Shown one piece after another: positions 63,503 to 64,000 of a stretch of 64,000 nt of DNA. The DNA lies in the NCBI GenBank assembly GCA_000004695.1, contig CM000154.2, forward strand, positions 2,976,001 to 3,040,000, in the 5' to 3' direction. This DNA is from Dictyostelium discoideum (Eukaryota). Made by a program: the position numbers and the translations under genes. How positions within the stretch are numbered: position 1 is the first letter of the stretch; each line of letters starts with the position of its first letter. The notes below the pieces were generated by a model. The model was not told the origin of the DNA. It saw nothing but the letters and a program-made list of their open reading frames with translations, and did no database searches.

Positions 63503-64000
63503 ATGATATCCAACAATAATGCAATAAATAAAATTGATAATAATAAAAAGTGTACACTTCACCCAAACAAAGATATAATATTCTTTTGTTTAGATTGTAA
63601 ATTAATGCCATGTTGTACTATATGTATATCAAGTAAAGGTGAACATCATGCTCATAGAATTGATCCATTAGAATCTAGTTCAAATATTCTTTCATTAATG
63701 AATAGTTTTAAAGATGATGTACATCAAAAAGTAATAGAAAGAATTGAAACTAATGAAATAATTTTAAAACAATCAAGTGATAAATATAATGAAATTCAAT
63801 CACAATTTGATAATAATAATAATTCATTAAAAAAAGAAATTAAAAAAATTCATGATATCATTTCAATCATTGAATTGGATATTAAAAAACAATTAGAAAC
63901 AGCCTTTGGAAATAATACATTAATAAATTCAATGATAAATTCTTCAATCAATAATGATAATCAAATACTTTCAACAATAATTAATAATGAAAATGAAAAT
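63503..64000 (+). CDS. B-box zinc finger protein, paralog 3, 3'-truncated by the window end
   Basis: The ATG at 63503 opens [51 protein letters not shown]... This is the same B-box and coiled-coil layout as paralogs 1 and 2. The frame is open to the end of the window. Confidence 0.6.
   Translation, partial: MISNNNAINKIDNNKKCTLHPNKDIIFFCLDCKLMPCCTICISSKGEHHAHRIDPLESSSNILSLMNSFKDDVHQKVIERIETNEIILKQSSDKYNEIQSQFDNNNNSLKKEIKKIHDIISIIELDIKKQLETAFGNNTLINSMINSSINNDNQILSTIINNENEN

Overview
This 64 kb window does not look bacterial or phage. It looks like a nuclear chromosome segment from a Dictyostelium-type social amoeba. It is about 75-80% A+T, with poly(A)/(T) intergenic tracts, short AT-rich GT..AG introns, and in-frame poly-Asn/Gln/Thr codon runs. 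I found no prokaryotic operon, CRISPR array, tRNA or rRNA, and no defence-system architecture, so the 'system' idea is not supported. From the ORF track, hand-derived splice sites and remembered family sequences, I built models for about 21 protein-coding genes. The confidently identified ones are mitochondrial EF-Tu, RRN3, PRP31, a four-exon TMEM184/DUF300 transporter, NEMF/Rqc2, an NAA50/60-like N-acetyltransferase, a GATA-finger factor that runs into an N gap, comitin, a five-exon Vps34 class-III PI3K, a flavin monooxygenase, a CBS-pair protein, USP47, and a myristoylatable LRR-IQ-RasGEF whose first exon is only ATG. There are also lineage-specific families. One is a tandem pair of ~1100-1200 aa paralogs, with two further relatives that share a conserved N-terminal motif. 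The other is a tandem cluster of three B-box/FNIP-repeat genes plus a truncated, very recent tandem duplicate. The things worth a second look are that duplication, a compositionally foreign ~0.7 kb block between the large paralogs, GC-rich islands inside the ankyrin/LRR coding segments, and two G/C-homopolymer patches that look like sequence-quality artefacts beside a 100-N gap.
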